Shown here: positions 1 to 9,931 of the stretch, piece by piece
Layout: every line of letters starts with the position of its first letter
Position numbering within the stretch: position 1 is the first letter of the stretch
IMG/VR virus record: IMGVR_UViG_3300017917_001353
Span: 38,545-102,544 of that record
Direction: 5' to 3' (one strand)
Source of the DNA: a virus
Lineage: Duplodnaviria > Heunggongvirae > Uroviricota > Caudoviricetes
Length of the DNA: 64,000 nt
Position numbers and translations under genes: made by a program
The notes under the pieces: generated by a model
Seen by the model: the letters and a program-made list of their open reading frames with translations, nothing else
Told to the model about the DNA's origin: nothing
The model's database searches: none

Positions 1-226
1 TGCTTAGAAAAGCGAACAGTGGTCTTCTTCTTTTGGAATTCCTTCAGCATCATAACGGCAGGAACTTTGGTTTCCCAACGTTGACTGTGGACAGTCCAAT
101 CGTCGTACCATTCCAGTACGACAGCCTTGTCTGTGACAAGGTAACGAATTGCTTCTTCCCACCCGATAGTGGAAAGTGGAAGCATACTTACTGGAGATGC
201 GTCAGCATTTAGTATTAAACAAGTCA
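1..226 (-). CDS. HNH endonuclease, N-terminal part (gene continues beyond window start)
   Basis: Translation of the minus strand from the ATG at 226 gives MTCLILNADASPVSMLPLSTIGWEEAIRYLVTDKAVVLEW.... This matches the conserved N-terminus of phage HNH endonucleases (LNASYEPL ... W..A). It runs off the window edge. Confidence 0.4.
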
Positions 227-288
227 TGATAATATTTATGGGGGTTGGTTTAACAACATTTCTATTATACTGGCTTTTTACCAATATG

Positions 289-570
289 TCAAGCAATGTT
301 TATATCTGAATCTGCGGAAATATTCCAAAATCTACGCCCTTCTACACCTACACTTTGGGCAAACTTTTTTTGGTCGCAACTATTGCAGACATGTTGATAG
401 CGGTTGCTTAATCGCTTCTTGTCCGTCTTACCTAGATCTCTTTGGAATGTTTGTTGGCATGCGTCACAGAGAAGGATAGCAACCGTCCTGTATCTGCAAT
501 AGGTATGTGACCTCCCATGTTTGCTCAAACGGTTGTATTCAGTTTTGATCTTTTGTATTTCTACAAACAC
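289..570 (-). CDS. Cys-rich zinc-ribbon protein
   Basis: 93 aa ORF with C-x9-C-x2-C ... C-x2-C spacing, adjacent to the HNH fragment. Confidence 0.3.
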   Translation of the reverse strand: MFVEIQKIKTEYNRLSKHGRSHTYCRYRTVAILLCDACQQTFQRDLGKTDKKRLSNRYQHVCNSCDQKKFAQSVGVEGRRFWNISADSDINIA

Positions 571-632
571 AGTGTATTTACATTCGGATTATAAAATGGT
601 GTGCTAAATATGGTAAATTACGGGAAAACAGC

Positions 633-1394
633 ATGACCATTTATTATGTCAACACCGGTTCTAGCCCAAACGCAGGTGATGGCGACAGTCTAAGAGTAGC
701 ATTTACTAAGATTAATAGTAACTTTGCAACATTAGAAAACTCGATTGCCAACATTAACACAGGTACAGGAACAAACTATGTATTACCTGTGGCTACAACC
801 TCAACCCTCGGTGGTATTAAAATTGACGGGCACACGTTATTGATTACAGACGGTGTTGCTCGTGTAGCCGCAGCAGCCAACTTCCATTTTTCTAACAATA
901 TTATTTTAAATGGCAACGGCGCAACTATATCTAACTCACAAGGTTTTGGAACATCAACCGCATTAATATCGATACCTGCATATAATAGTACGGCAACTAT
1001 TAGATTACAAAACCATAGCGGTACAGTTACTATTGACGTTAGGTCTTTAGACGGTATACATAGACATTGGGAATTTGATCAAACAGGTACATTGAATACT
1101 CCGGGCAGTATTGTACCTAAAACAGATTTAGAATACGATCTAGGTAGCCCAACTAATCAATGGCGCAGCCTATATGTAGGAACAAGTACAATTTACATAG
1201 GTGGTGTTCCCTTAAGAATTAATACTGCTAGTAATACCCTAGTTATTGGCGCAGACACTTCTGTAACAACAGCAGTTAATCTCGCTACAGAAACTTACGT
1301 ACAAGAATATGTAACACAAAGAACAGAAATAGATGGAGGTAACGCCTTCACAGTTTATATAGCCGAAATGATCATAGACGGAGGCGGAGCATAA
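633..1394 (+). CDS. putative tail fibre / virion structural protein
   Basis: Gly/Thr/Asn-rich 253 aa protein, immediately upstream of and translationally coupled to the large fibre gene. Confidence 0.4.
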   Translation: MTIYYVNTGSSPNAGDGDSLRVAFTKINSNFATLENSIANINTGTGTNYVLPVATTSTLGGIKIDGHTLLITDGVARVAAAANFHFSNNIILNGNGATISNSQGFGTSTALISIPAYNSTATIRLQNHSGTVTIDVRSLDGIHRHWEFDQTGTLNTPGSIVPKTDLEYDLGSPTNQWRSLYVGTSTIYIGGVPLRINTASNTLVIGADTSVTTAVNLATETYVQEYVTQRTEIDGGNAFTVYIAEMIIDGGGA

Positions 1395-1395
1395 A

Positions 1396-4300
1396 ATGGC
1401 ACAAATTAGATTAAGAAGAGATACATATCAAAATTGGTTCGACGCTAACCCGGTATTAGCCTACGGAGAGCCAGCATACGATGTTACCAATAATAAAATT
1501 AAAGTTGGTAACGGAATAGATAACTGGCAAGATCTGCCTTATCTAACCGATGTAGAGGCTAACGGGATAGCAGGTCCACAAGGAGATCCAGGTCCAGCAG
1601 GTCCACAAGGAGATCCAGGTCCTAAAGGAGACAAGGGAGACCCAGGCGATGTTGGCACACCCTCTATACCAAACACAATAAGAGGTTTCGTCAATCTCGT
1701 AGGCGCTCGTCCTAATAACAGCGACGAACTATGGTTTGAGTCAGTTGTAGTCCGCGGACAGCATGCCTATGTTCTAGGCGGTGATTATTTCACCGACAAT
1801 AACAACAACGAAGTCAAGGTCTACAAGTTTGATCTTGAAACAGGTGCTCAAATTTGGGTCAAACAGATTACAGCAGGCCGCGCCGCACAGTTCAACATCT
1901 CTGTAGGCGAAGGAATGATTGTTATAGATTCTATCGCTTTGGCAGGTGTTGATTATAAGGTAGGGGAAGAACTGGTGTTCTACGGGTGGCAGATCAATGG
2001 TAACGAACTACTTAACAAATTCTTTGTGGTAGTAGACAGCATAGACGAAACCGGTGGAATTCTTACAGCCAGCATCAAACCAGGATACAATGTTGATGGC
2101 TTGTCTGGAACATTTACTAACCTAACTGCTAATATCAACGGAGTGCCCGGAGACACAGTGGCCATTTCCTACGATGACTTTAATAACAAAGTCATTGTTG
2201 TACAAGAGTACAATCCAGAGATAGGCGACAATGTAGACTCATATTGGAACTGGAGCAATGTCTATATAATGGATCCAGGGACTGGTACGATCAATGAAAC
2301 TGTAACATTGACTGACGATGCGGATATCTATCCCAACAGCATCAGTACCTACGACAAAGAATTTGGTGTAGCCATCGTGGGACAAAAACTTGGTGAGTAC
2401 ACTGAGTTTGGAAACCTAACATTGTTAGCAGGTTACAACGGTTACTTTGACATTCTCAAATCTAATCTAGATCCAGAACACTATCCAGGTGCTGATCAGT
2501 ATAATCAATACTATGATTTCTGGATCACTGGTACAGGTATTACTTCGCAAGAAAATGTAGATGCTGTAAACCAATACAACTACATAACTGCCACTACTAG
2601 ACAGGGTTCGGGAGCAACATTCAGTGTAACAGTAGCCATACCTGGTGAAGTCTATGCGGCAGCGTCGCCATTTTCCTTTGGTACTAACTATCGTGTTGGT
2701 CACAAGATCAAACTATCGGGCGCAGACTTAGGTGGAACTACACCAGAAAACGATGTTATTATTACGGTAACCAGTGTAGACGGTGACGGCGGAATCACAG
2801 GTGTTAGTTTTGAAGGAACATCAAACGCCGGTGCTAGTCCTGGCGCAATCTACAATGGTATTTCAGGAACAAACTTCAATGTAGGTTCGGGCGTTGAGTT
2901 CGCTATCTATGTTGATCAAACAACTGGAGCATTTAGTTACGGTGGCTATTATACTGCTGGTTTAAACTATGTACCTGGCGATGTATTGACCATTCCGGGC
3001 ACAGCATTTGCCAACGGCGCATCCCCTGCCAATGATGCTACTATCGTAGTCAACACAGTAGATGGCTCCGGCGGCATCAGCAGCGTGGTCAACGGTGCTG
3101 TCACAGGCACAGCACCAACAGATGCCTTAAGAATCATAGTTAACGGGGTAGACTTCTCAGTTGAAGGTACCTGGGCTATGCGTCAGAATCTAGGTGGCGA
3201 GGCGTTCATCTGGACACCCACTTGGTCAAATGCTATTGGCGGGCCTAGCGGCGATAGATTCTACGATGTTTGCTGGAAGGCAGATGGTACAGCTCTATAT
3301 GCTGTGGGCAATGGTGTGTATGAAGTTCCATATACACAAGCATTGGTTGTCAAGTTTGACGCTACAACAGGTGCCGTGGTATGGAGCAAAGACATCAAGT
3401 TCGCAGAAGCCACAACAGAAAATAGAGAAGCCCGTGCTGTATGTCTAGTACCCGGTAGCACTGACATCATAGTAGCAGGTGCTTGGTATAACAATAACGG
3501 ATCTTTTAATGACGAGATTATCTTAACAAGAATTACAGACGCCGGAGTTGCTGTATGGCAAAAGACCTATCTTGTAAACAACAGTGGCAACAACATAGAT
3601 ATTAATTATGAAATATCCGTCAAACCAGTAGGCGACAATATTTTAGTGACTTTTGAACAAAGCACACCAATACACAGTCGTGGTTATGGATTTATCCTTG
3701 TTGACAGCACAGGCGCAGTAATTCGTCACAGGGTGTTGAGCGCAGACGGTAACTCAAACTACAACTACTACAATACTCCCACTGCCAACTTTGCGGATAT
3801 CTACACTGACGCAGCCGGGGATCACTTAGTTGTCGCCGGTTATACCTATGTGCCCACAGACAACTACTACAATGCTTTGTTGTTGAGAATGCCTGTAGAT
3901 GGACTAGCACCTATTGGAGTAAACCAACCATGGAGTATTGGTGAGCATATCTTAAATCGTTTTGATGTTGCCGTAACCGCAGTAACACCAGAATTTGATT
4001 CCTTTGTCCCAGAAGAACATGTTAACACTATCGTTAATGTCGTAGATGGCAGAAACTATAAGACCAGAGAACCAGATGGTCTACCACAGGTTTGGACACA
4101 TACTATCACTGACGATTCCGCAGGTTATTTAGAGTTTGGTGATGGTAGCAAGCAGAGTTTTGCCACAAACATCATTCCGCAGATTCCTGCTGCCAATGAT
4201 TACATTCTAACCACACAGGATTCGGGAAAGCACATATTCTTTGAACACGAAAGTGGTGTAGTTTATATTCCTCACAGAGATGTTAGATACTTCCCTGTAG

Positions 4301-4563
4301 GATTTACCTTTACTATAGTTAACACCACTGGCAGTGACTGTTACTTAAGAACACAGTCTAGTGAGTCTGAGCGTGCTAGACTAAAACTAGCAGGACGAAA
4401 CATTGACACTATTGATATAGGCATTCCGGATTCGGGTTCGGGATCAATGGTCACAGTGATGAAGATCAAGGACGGTTATGTTTCAACCGGTACTGGAGAG
4501 TCTGGTGATTATCCAGACATATGGATTGTCAGTGGTCCTGGCGATCTATACGACAATGATTAA
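1396..4563 (+). CDS. tail fibre protein with collagen-like repeat
   Basis: 1055 aa. The N-terminus MAQIRLRRDTYQNWFDANPVLAYGEPAYD...IKVGNGIDNWQDLPY resembles the conserved tail-fibre/hyaluronidase-type N-terminal domain. It is followed by GPQGDPGPAGPQGDPGPKGDKGDPGDVG (Gly-X-Y collagen triple-helix repeat) and a long beta-rich Gly/Thr/Asn-rich remainder. Confidence 0.6.
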   Translation: MAQIRLRRDTYQNWFDANPVLAYGEPAYDVTNNKIKVGNGIDNWQDLPYLTDVEANGIAGPQGDPGPAGPQGDPGPKGDKGDPGDVGTPSIPNTIRGFVNLVGARPNNSDELWFESVVVRGQHAYVLGGDYFTDNNNNEVKVYKFDLETGAQIWVKQITAGRAAQFNISVGEGMIVIDSIALAGVDYKVGEELVFYGWQINGNELLNKFFVVVDSIDETGGILTASIKPGYNVDGLSGTFTNLTANINGVPGDTVAISYDDFNNKVIVVQEYNPEIGDNVDSYWNWSNVYIMDPGTGTINETVTLTDDADIYPNSISTYDKEFGVAIVGQKLGEYTEFGNLTLLAGYNGYFDILKSNLDPEHYPGADQYNQYYDFWITGTGITSQENVDAVNQYNYITATTRQGSGATFSVTVAIPGEVYAAASPFSFGTNYRVGHKIKLSGADLGGTTPENDVIITVTSVDGDGGITGVSFEGTSNAGASPGAIYNGISGTNFNVGSGVEFAIYVDQTTGAFSYGGYYTAGLNYVPGDVLTIPGTAFANGASPANDATIVVNTVDGSGGISSVVNGAVTGTAPTDALRIIVNGVDFSVEGTWAMRQNLGGEAFIWTPTWSNAIGGPSGDRFYDVCWKADGTALYAVGNGVYEVPYTQALVVKFDATTGAVVWSKDIKFAEATTENREARAVCLVPGSTDIIVAGAWYNNNGSFNDEIILTRITDAGVAVWQKTYLVNNSGNNIDINYEISVKPVGDNILVTFEQSTPIHSRGYGFILVDSTGAVIRHRVLSADGNSNYNYYNTPTANFADIYTDAAGDHLVVAGYTYVPTDNYYNALLLRMPVDGLAPIGVNQPWSIGEHILNRFDVAVTAVTPEFDSFVPEEHVNTIVNVVDGRNYKTREPDGLPQVWTHTITDDSAGYLEFGDGSKQSFATNIIPQIPAANDYILTTQDSGKHIFFEHESGVVYIPHRDVRYFPVGFTFTIVNTTGSDCYLRTQSSESERARLKLAGRNIDTIDIGIPDSGSGSMVTVMKIKDGYVSTGTGESGDYPDIWIVSGPGDLYDND
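1570..1665 (+). repeat. collagen-like Gly-X-Y coding repeat (two near-identical 27 nt units)
   Basis: ggtccacaaggagatccaggtcc is repeated. Encodes GPQGDPGP twice. Confidence 0.7.
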
Positions 4564-4572
4564 GGAGCAGCC

Positions 4573-5859
4573 GTGAGCATAGTACAAGCAATCATTGGCA
4601 CTAACTTAACAATCTCCGGAGGCGCCGGCGGTGTTCCTTTTATTCAAGTGTATGGATGGTCAAATCCTATGAACGAGGGAGACACTAACACCGCCATCAT
4701 ACAATACGAAAACTATCCTCCTACTACACTCTATTGGCAGATAGTCAATGACACTACTAACGATAGTGATTGGAGTGGTAACATCGCTCCTTCTGGATTT
4801 ATTAATGTGGGAGGCACTGGACAGCAATCGTTTAGTTGGACCACTGCCGCAGACATGGCCACAGAAGGCGGCGAAGGTTATATACTAAGAGTGGGTACTG
4901 CCCCCGGTGCCGGCGATATACAGGAATCTTATCTAAACATCAGCGATACATCGGCAGAGCCTGTGGCTAACTTTACCATTGAATGGTGGCAGAAAGTTGA
5001 AAACAACAACACCAATGCTCGTCCATGGAGTATTGGCCTGTATCCAACACAGGTCATTGCCATTAGTTATGAAAGTATGTCGGCAGACTACTATTGGATC
5101 AACAACAGCATTGTTGGCAATGTTAGTCGCAATCACCTAACGGGTCAATGGGAGCATATGGCCTTTGTACGCAACAATGGTGTAGTCAAAGGTTATATCA
5201 ACGGCCAAGAATACTTCTCAAGTAACACCGGTAATATGTTGATCACAGATACCGTAACACCTTTGTATGTGGGCACAGGTGAAATAGCCGCTGGAACATT
5301 CTGTGGTTATCTCAAAGACCTACACATTATTAAAGGATATGCCAAATATACTGGAAACTTTACGCCTCCTTCGGTGCCTATCATACCTTATGCTGGATCC
5401 AAGTTACTGTTAAATGTTGCCAGCGATCTAAATAAGTTCACAGACAATATAGCCAGCAAGTCTAGCACTATGACCGGTACAGTAACCTACAGTACAGATA
5501 CTCCTTATACAGCATACGGTCCATATACACAGTTTACCAATCAATGGGGCACTGGCGGCAGCGGCAGTTTTGTATTAACATTTGCTGGTGGAACTTATAA
5601 CGCCGATCTTGCTAACGTTACACCGGGCTGGACTGTGTCGGTGGGCGGCAACCCTGTAGCCACAGTCAGCGGAACAACCGGAATCCTTTACGACGGCGGC
5701 AGCAACCCGTATATACAAATTTCTTTAAATGTTGATTTATCAGGATCTGTACCAGGAACATTTACGTTTACACAACCTGATTTAGGTGGTAGTCTATACT
5801 TTAACGGTACTAGTTACCTCAACTTTGGCGGATCTGCTGATTGGGCAATGGATTCATAA
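4573..5859 (+). CDS. tail fibre-associated protein with LamG/concanavalin-like jelly-roll domain
   Basis: 428 aa. Central region W.H.A.V...YINGQ...LYVGTG....F.GY.KDLHIIKGYA is a typical LamG lectin-like fold motif. Confidence 0.5.
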   Translation: MSIVQAIIGTNLTISGGAGGVPFIQVYGWSNPMNEGDTNTAIIQYENYPPTTLYWQIVNDTTNDSDWSGNIAPSGFINVGGTGQQSFSWTTAADMATEGGEGYILRVGTAPGAGDIQESYLNISDTSAEPVANFTIEWWQKVENNNTNARPWSIGLYPTQVIAISYESMSADYYWINNSIVGNVSRNHLTGQWEHMAFVRNNGVVKGYINGQEYFSSNTGNMLITDTVTPLYVGTGEIAAGTFCGYLKDLHIIKGYAKYTGNFTPPSVPIIPYAGSKLLLNVASDLNKFTDNIASKSSTMTGTVTYSTDTPYTAYGPYTQFTNQWGTGGSGSFVLTFAGGTYNADLANVTPGWTVSVGGNPVATVSGTTGILYDGGSNPYIQISLNVDLSGSVPGTFTFTQPDLGGSLYFNGTSYLNFGGSADWAMDS

Positions 5860-5866
5860 AAACCAC

Positions 5867-5895
5867 TTGACAACCCATAAAATTATCGCTATTAT
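5867..5895 (+). promoter_or_regulatory. sigma70-like promoter TTGACA-17-TATTAT
   Basis: TTGACA at 5867-5872, 17 nt spacer, TATTAT at 5890-5895. A 12-bp hairpin in the 5' UTR (5909-5944) follows. Confidence 0.45.
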
Positions 5896-5980
5896 TAAGA
5901 GTCTAGTTAGTAGTTTCACTTTTTTAACACTCAGTGAAACTACTGACTTAAATATTAGACTTTAAAACAAAGGAAATTTT

Positions 5981-6433
5981 ATGAAGAAAATTGCAATTGC
6001 ATCTCTAATCGCTCTAGCCGCTACCGCTGCTTCTGCTATGGAAGTTGGCGTTACTGCTACCCGTGATTACTCTGGCGCTGAAAACCGTAATGGTGGTGGC
6101 ATCACCCTAGGCCAGAAATTTGGTGCGGTTGGTGTTACTGCCGGTTTTGAGCGTACCACCAAAGGATCCAATGATCAAGATCGCTACAGCGTTGTCGCTG
6201 GCTACGATGTTGCTAAGTTGGGCCATGTTACTATTACTCCTAAAGTCGGTGTAGCATATCTTGACAACCAAACCGGTCAAGACGGCTATGCAATGACTGT
6301 CGGAGTTGGTGCTTCTATGCCCATTACTAAGACAGTTAGCGTAGGACTAGACGTTGCACGTCAGTACGGTCAAGATCGTGTCCAAGCGTTTGACGGTAAT
6401 CGTGTTACCGTTGGCGTAAAATACGCATTCTAA
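5981..6433 (+). CDS. outer-membrane beta-barrel protein (OmpX/Ail/Lom-like), secreted
   Basis: Signal peptide MKKIAIASLIALAATAASA. 150 aa with alternating amphipathic beta strands, Gly/Thr-rich. C-terminal ...VGVKYAF ends in Phe as in OM beta-barrels. Own promoter and terminator (moron-like). Confidence 0.55.
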   Translation: MKKIAIASLIALAATAASAMEVGVTATRDYSGAENRNGGGITLGQKFGAVGVTAGFERTTKGSNDQDRYSVVAGYDVAKLGHVTITPKVGVAYLDNQTGQDGYAMTVGVGASMPITKTVSVGLDVARQYGQDRVQAFDGNRVTVGVKYAF

Positions 6434-6456
6434 ACTATTTCCATAGTTTAACCCCT

Positions 6457-6480
6457 AAACCCGCTTCGGCGGGTTTTTTG
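6457..6480 (+). terminator. rho-independent terminator
   Basis: cccgcttcggcggg hairpin followed by TTTTTT. Confidence 0.65.
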
Positions 6481-6512
6481 TTGACTTTAGGTTTTCTCAT
6501 AAATACAACATT

Positions 6513-6818
6513 ATGAGAGCATCAGATATTATTCGCGGAGTACTTGATCTTATAGATCAAATTGACTGTGTACAACAGCAGCAACCACCTGCCGTACAAG
6601 AACTACCCGTTGCAGGAACGTTTAAAGACATATTTTCTAAGTTAGAAGGCAGTACAACATCTGTCTATGATAATAGCCCGGAAGTACACATTCAGGGCGT
6701 ATCCGCAGTAACTACTGATGCCGGACTTGGCGGAACAAACGGGCCTAAGAATCCTGCAGATATTAGGTCAGATAGTGTAAGTATGTTCCCGGCATACCAA
6801 GCAAAGAACAAGGATTAA
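6513..6818 (+). CDS. hypothetical protein
   Basis: 101 aa ORF in the plus-strand operon. No recognisable motif. Confidence 0.3.
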   Translation: MRASDIIRGVLDLIDQIDCVQQQQPPAVQELPVAGTFKDIFSKLEGSTTSVYDNSPEVHIQGVSAVTTDAGLGGTNGPKNPADIRSDSVSMFPAYQAKNKD

Positions 6819-6820
6819 AA

Positions 6821-7108
6821 ATGAGTCGATACCACACCCTATATACCAACGACGGTACACCAAAATTTACAACTTTATTAGTTGGCGGAACTAGTGTTAG
6901 CACACCTTTACAAGGCAGACGTTTAACTGTTACAACAGGCGGACAATCCCCGTTCCTAGCATTTGGAACTAGTACTGTAGTTGCAACAACATCTAGTTGT
7001 GTAATTCCTGCGAACGCTACTGTTGACTTTAACGTAACAGTTGGCACACATGTTGCTTTAATCAGCCCTGCAGGAGCAACCTATGTAACTATTATTGACG
7101 CAGACTAA
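6821..7108 (+). CDS. hypothetical Thr/Val-rich protein
   Basis: 95 aa ORF, translationally coupled to the next gene. Confidence 0.3.
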   Translation: MSRYHTLYTNDGTPKFTTLLVGGTSVSTPLQGRRLTVTTGGQSPFLAFGTSTVVATTSSCVIPANATVDFNVTVGTHVALISPAGATYVTIIDAD

Positions 7109-8415
7109 TGCCAGTAGATCGTTATCAAACGAAGACTAATTACCGTCATCCGCAGGATAGTAACCTGCTCGATGTACATCGCGCTATGGACTACAATAGT
7201 CTTGGCCAACCTGTATTAAGAACGACCTCGGGTGCAGCACCAACATCTAACGATGCATTTGGCAGACTGCGTGTAAGTAACCCTCTTACATTATTTGATA
7301 GTTTTCATCGATATAATGACAACGGCAAAACTAGCACTTATACCAGTGGTACTGCTAGTGCAACACAAAACCCTAATGCAGGACTAATCGAGTGTACAGT
7401 AGGAACAGCCACTGGCGACAAAGTATATCGAGAAAGCAATCGGGTGTTTGCATATCAGCCAGGAAAAAGTCTACAGATACTAACAACATTCTGCATGGCG
7501 GTAGGCAAAGAAAATCTGCGCCAGCGTATTGGATATTTTGACACAGACAATGGTGTGTTCTTGGAACAAGACGGCACACAATTAAGTTTTAAAATTCGTT
7601 CAAGTGTAACAGGCTCTATTGCCTATGAAATAGCAAATCAATCAGATTGGAACGTTGATCCTCTAGATGGTACTGGAATCTCCACAAAGGCAATTGACAT
7701 CACAAAAGCACAGATACTTTTCTTTGACATAGAATGGTTAGGTGTAGGCAGCGTTAGATGCGGATTTGTTATTGACGGGGAATTCGTTCTAGCACACATT
7801 TTTCATCATGCTAATTACACCACCGGAACTTACATGACAACGGCTTGTTTGCCTGTTAGATTAGAAGTAGAAAATACAGGCGCAACTGAAAGCTCGAGTA
7901 CTTACAAACAAATATGTACAACAGTTATTTCTGAGGGAGGTTATGCACTAACAGGTCGCCCGTTAAGTATCGGGCATACACTAAGCAGTCCATATGTGTT
8001 AACTAATCCAAATACAGTTTATCCTGTATTCAGCATGAGATTAAAGAGTAATCGGTTAGGCGGAATTGTTTTACCTAAAAATTATAGTGTAGGCTTAACC
8101 GGTAACAATAATTTTAGATTCATGATAGTTATAGGTGGAGCCACTTCAGGAGGGACTTGGGTCAGTGCGGGTACTGATAGTTCTGTTGAATACAACCTAA
8201 CAGGAACAAGTATTACAGGCGGCCGAATCGCAGAATGGAAGCAGATTATTGGTAGCAATCAGTTTGCCGGAGTAGCAGATGTTGCTGATCCTTTTGCATA
8301 TCAACTAGAAAGAAATACATTTACAGGAACACCAACAGAACTTACTGTTTGTCTAACTACCAATGGTAACAACGTAAACGTTTATGGAGCAGTAAATTGG
8401 GAAGAAATAACATGA
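7108..8415 (+). CDS. hypothetical (likely virion structural) protein
   Basis: 435 aa ORF in a structural-gene neighbourhood. No motif recognised. Confidence 0.35.
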   Translation: MPVDRYQTKTNYRHPQDSNLLDVHRAMDYNSLGQPVLRTTSGAAPTSNDAFGRLRVSNPLTLFDSFHRYNDNGKTSTYTSGTASATQNPNAGLIECTVGTATGDKVYRESNRVFAYQPGKSLQILTTFCMAVGKENLRQRIGYFDTDNGVFLEQDGTQLSFKIRSSVTGSIAYEIANQSDWNVDPLDGTGISTKAIDITKAQILFFDIEWLGVGSVRCGFVIDGEFVLAHIFHHANYTTGTYMTTACLPVRLEVENTGATESSSTYKQICTTVISEGGYALTGRPLSIGHTLSSPYVLTNPNTVYPVFSMRLKSNRLGGIVLPKNYSVGLTGNNNFRFMIVIGGATSGGTWVSAGTDSSVEYNLTGTSITGGRIAEWKQIIGSNQFAGVADVADPFAYQLERNTFTGTPTELTVCLTTNGNNVNVYGAVNWEEIT

Positions 8416-8846
8416 AAAAATTTTTAATCGCATTAGCAATGTTACCAGCATTAGCATTTGCACAAAAAACACCTCAGGGAGTAACCTATGACGCTAAGAT
8501 CGTTCGTGTAAACGACGGTGATACTGTAGTCATAGCGGCGCCTTTTCTACCAGCGCCACTTAAACCCGAATTGGCTGTACGAGTCTTTGGAGTTGATACG
8601 CCCGAAAAAGGATTTAGAGCACAGTGTCCTAGCGAAGATCAACGAGGTCAAGCCGCAACAGCCTTCACTAAAAATGCAGTTGCAACTACACAAAAACATC
8701 AAGTCATCCTTTATGGATGGGATAAGTTCGGTGGCCGTGTATTGGGAGACCTCATTCTAAACGGAGTTAGCCTACGTGCTGAATTGATTCGAAATGGATA
8801 TGCTCGTGAGTACTTCGGAGATGCAAAACAAAGTTGGTGCCAATAA
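8412..8846 (+). CDS. secreted staphylococcal-nuclease (SNase/thermonuclease)-like nuclease
   Basis: Signal peptide MKKFLIALAMLPALAFA from the second ATG. ...DGDTVVI... and VRVFGVDTPEKG match the SNase RL.G.DaPE catalytic motif. Confidence 0.6.
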   Translation: MKKFLIALAMLPALAFAQKTPQGVTYDAKIVRVNDGDTVVIAAPFLPAPLKPELAVRVFGVDTPEKGFRAQCPSEDQRGQAATAFTKNAVATTQKHQVILYGWDKFGGRVLGDLILNGVSLRAELIRNGYAREYFGDAKQSWCQ

Positions 8847-9150
8847 TGAACGAGTATCCGGTATATCCGCCGCAGGAGGGAGAGTGGGATCGCCCACTAA
8901 ATCCCTACAGTCCCGCGATTTACCGTGGTGGTTTGATCTGTATCACAGTTGTTGGGTAATCGTACCTGCAATAGTTTGGTATTTTTTTGGAGCATGGCCT
9001 GTATTACTAATCTTAGCGTTAGCAATAGCAGTATCCATGTGGTTCGGATAACACACCCTTAGGACCGTTAATCTTTACGGGTGTATAGGCGGCTGCTGCC
9101 TGTGTAACTTAACGCCATTCGTTACACAAAGTGAGCACTAAATACATATT

Positions 9151-9816
9151 ATGAGAGCAAAAGAGTTTACATCAGCAGGTGAAAGCAAGGACAGATTTGT
9201 GGAAATGTTCCAGAAATTCTTGCCTTTATGCATGGATGTTCTAAAATTAGAAAGCCTGCCTAAGATGGTATTCCAGATGCATATTAATGACGAGCAACAG
9301 CCTACATTCGGTCGTTATAATGACGAAGAAAAGACACTGCATGTTGCACTAGCCAATCGCCATCCTAACGATATATTGAGAACTATTGCTCACGAATTAC
9401 AGCATTACAAACAGGGCGAAGAACATAGACTAGGACCTGGCGCTGGTGATACAGGCAGTCCTATCGAGAATGAAGCACACGCAATGGCAGGTATTGTTAT
9501 GCGTAACTTTAACAAACGTTATCCGGAATACCTAATGGATCGTCCGATTATAGCAGAAGGCTCCGACAAAGAATACTGCGATGCTTGTGACAGAGTTATA
9601 ACTAAAAAGCCCCATGTATGCCCTGGAACAGAAGTTGACGAAAACTTTGCAGACGGCCGCAATCCGCAGGACAAAGGCGATAGTAAGCGTCACGGTGTGC
9701 CAACAAAGGCTAGTGTAAGTACACTACGAAAAGTAGCCAAACAAGGCGGACGTAAAGGGCAACTAGCCCACTGGATGGCTAATATGAAGGCTGGGAGAGC
9801 CAAGAAAAAGAAATGA
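9151..9816 (+). CDS. putative Zn-metallopeptidase-like protein
   Basis: 221 aa. HELQH (HExxH) motif in IAHELQHYKQGEEH. Basic C-terminus. Confidence 0.3.
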   Translation: MRAKEFTSAGESKDRFVEMFQKFLPLCMDVLKLESLPKMVFQMHINDEQQPTFGRYNDEEKTLHVALANRHPNDILRTIAHELQHYKQGEEHRLGPGAGDTGSPIENEAHAMAGIVMRNFNKRYPEYLMDRPIIAEGSDKEYCDACDRVITKKPHVCPGTEVDENFADGRNPQDKGDSKRHGVPTKASVSTLRKVAKQGGRKGQLAHWMANMKAGRAKKKK

Positions 9817-9931
9817 GTGTCAAGTGCCGATTTATCCTTTCGCCACATTGGCTGTGCCTAGCAAAAACTGGAAAAGTTCTAGACGCAGAATCCTCGGATG
9901 TCCAGTTGACCACTTGACCTAATATTTACCC

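Noticed and set aside
1980-5136. Short antisense or alternate-frame ORFs inside the tail-fibre genes (for example 1980..2165, 2467..2703, 3194..3494, 3692..3910, 4933..5136)
   Set aside because: They are embedded in long, well-supported structural genes. No signals support them.
8794-9051. 85-aa ORF overlapping the SNase 3' end with a hydrophobic C-terminus
   Set aside because: It overlaps the nuclease gene by 53 nt in another frame and has no clear RBS. The hydrophobic tail (WVIVPAIVWYFFGAWPVLLILALAIAVSMWF) could still be a real small membrane protein from an internal start, so this is left uncalled.
9052-9150. Three consecutive hairpins (acaccc.../gggtgt, aggc...gcct, gtgtaac...gttacac) in the intergenic region upstream of the HExxH protein
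   Set aside because: These are probably ordinary terminator or attenuator hairpins. No T-run or conserved motif was recognised, which is not enough to call a feature.
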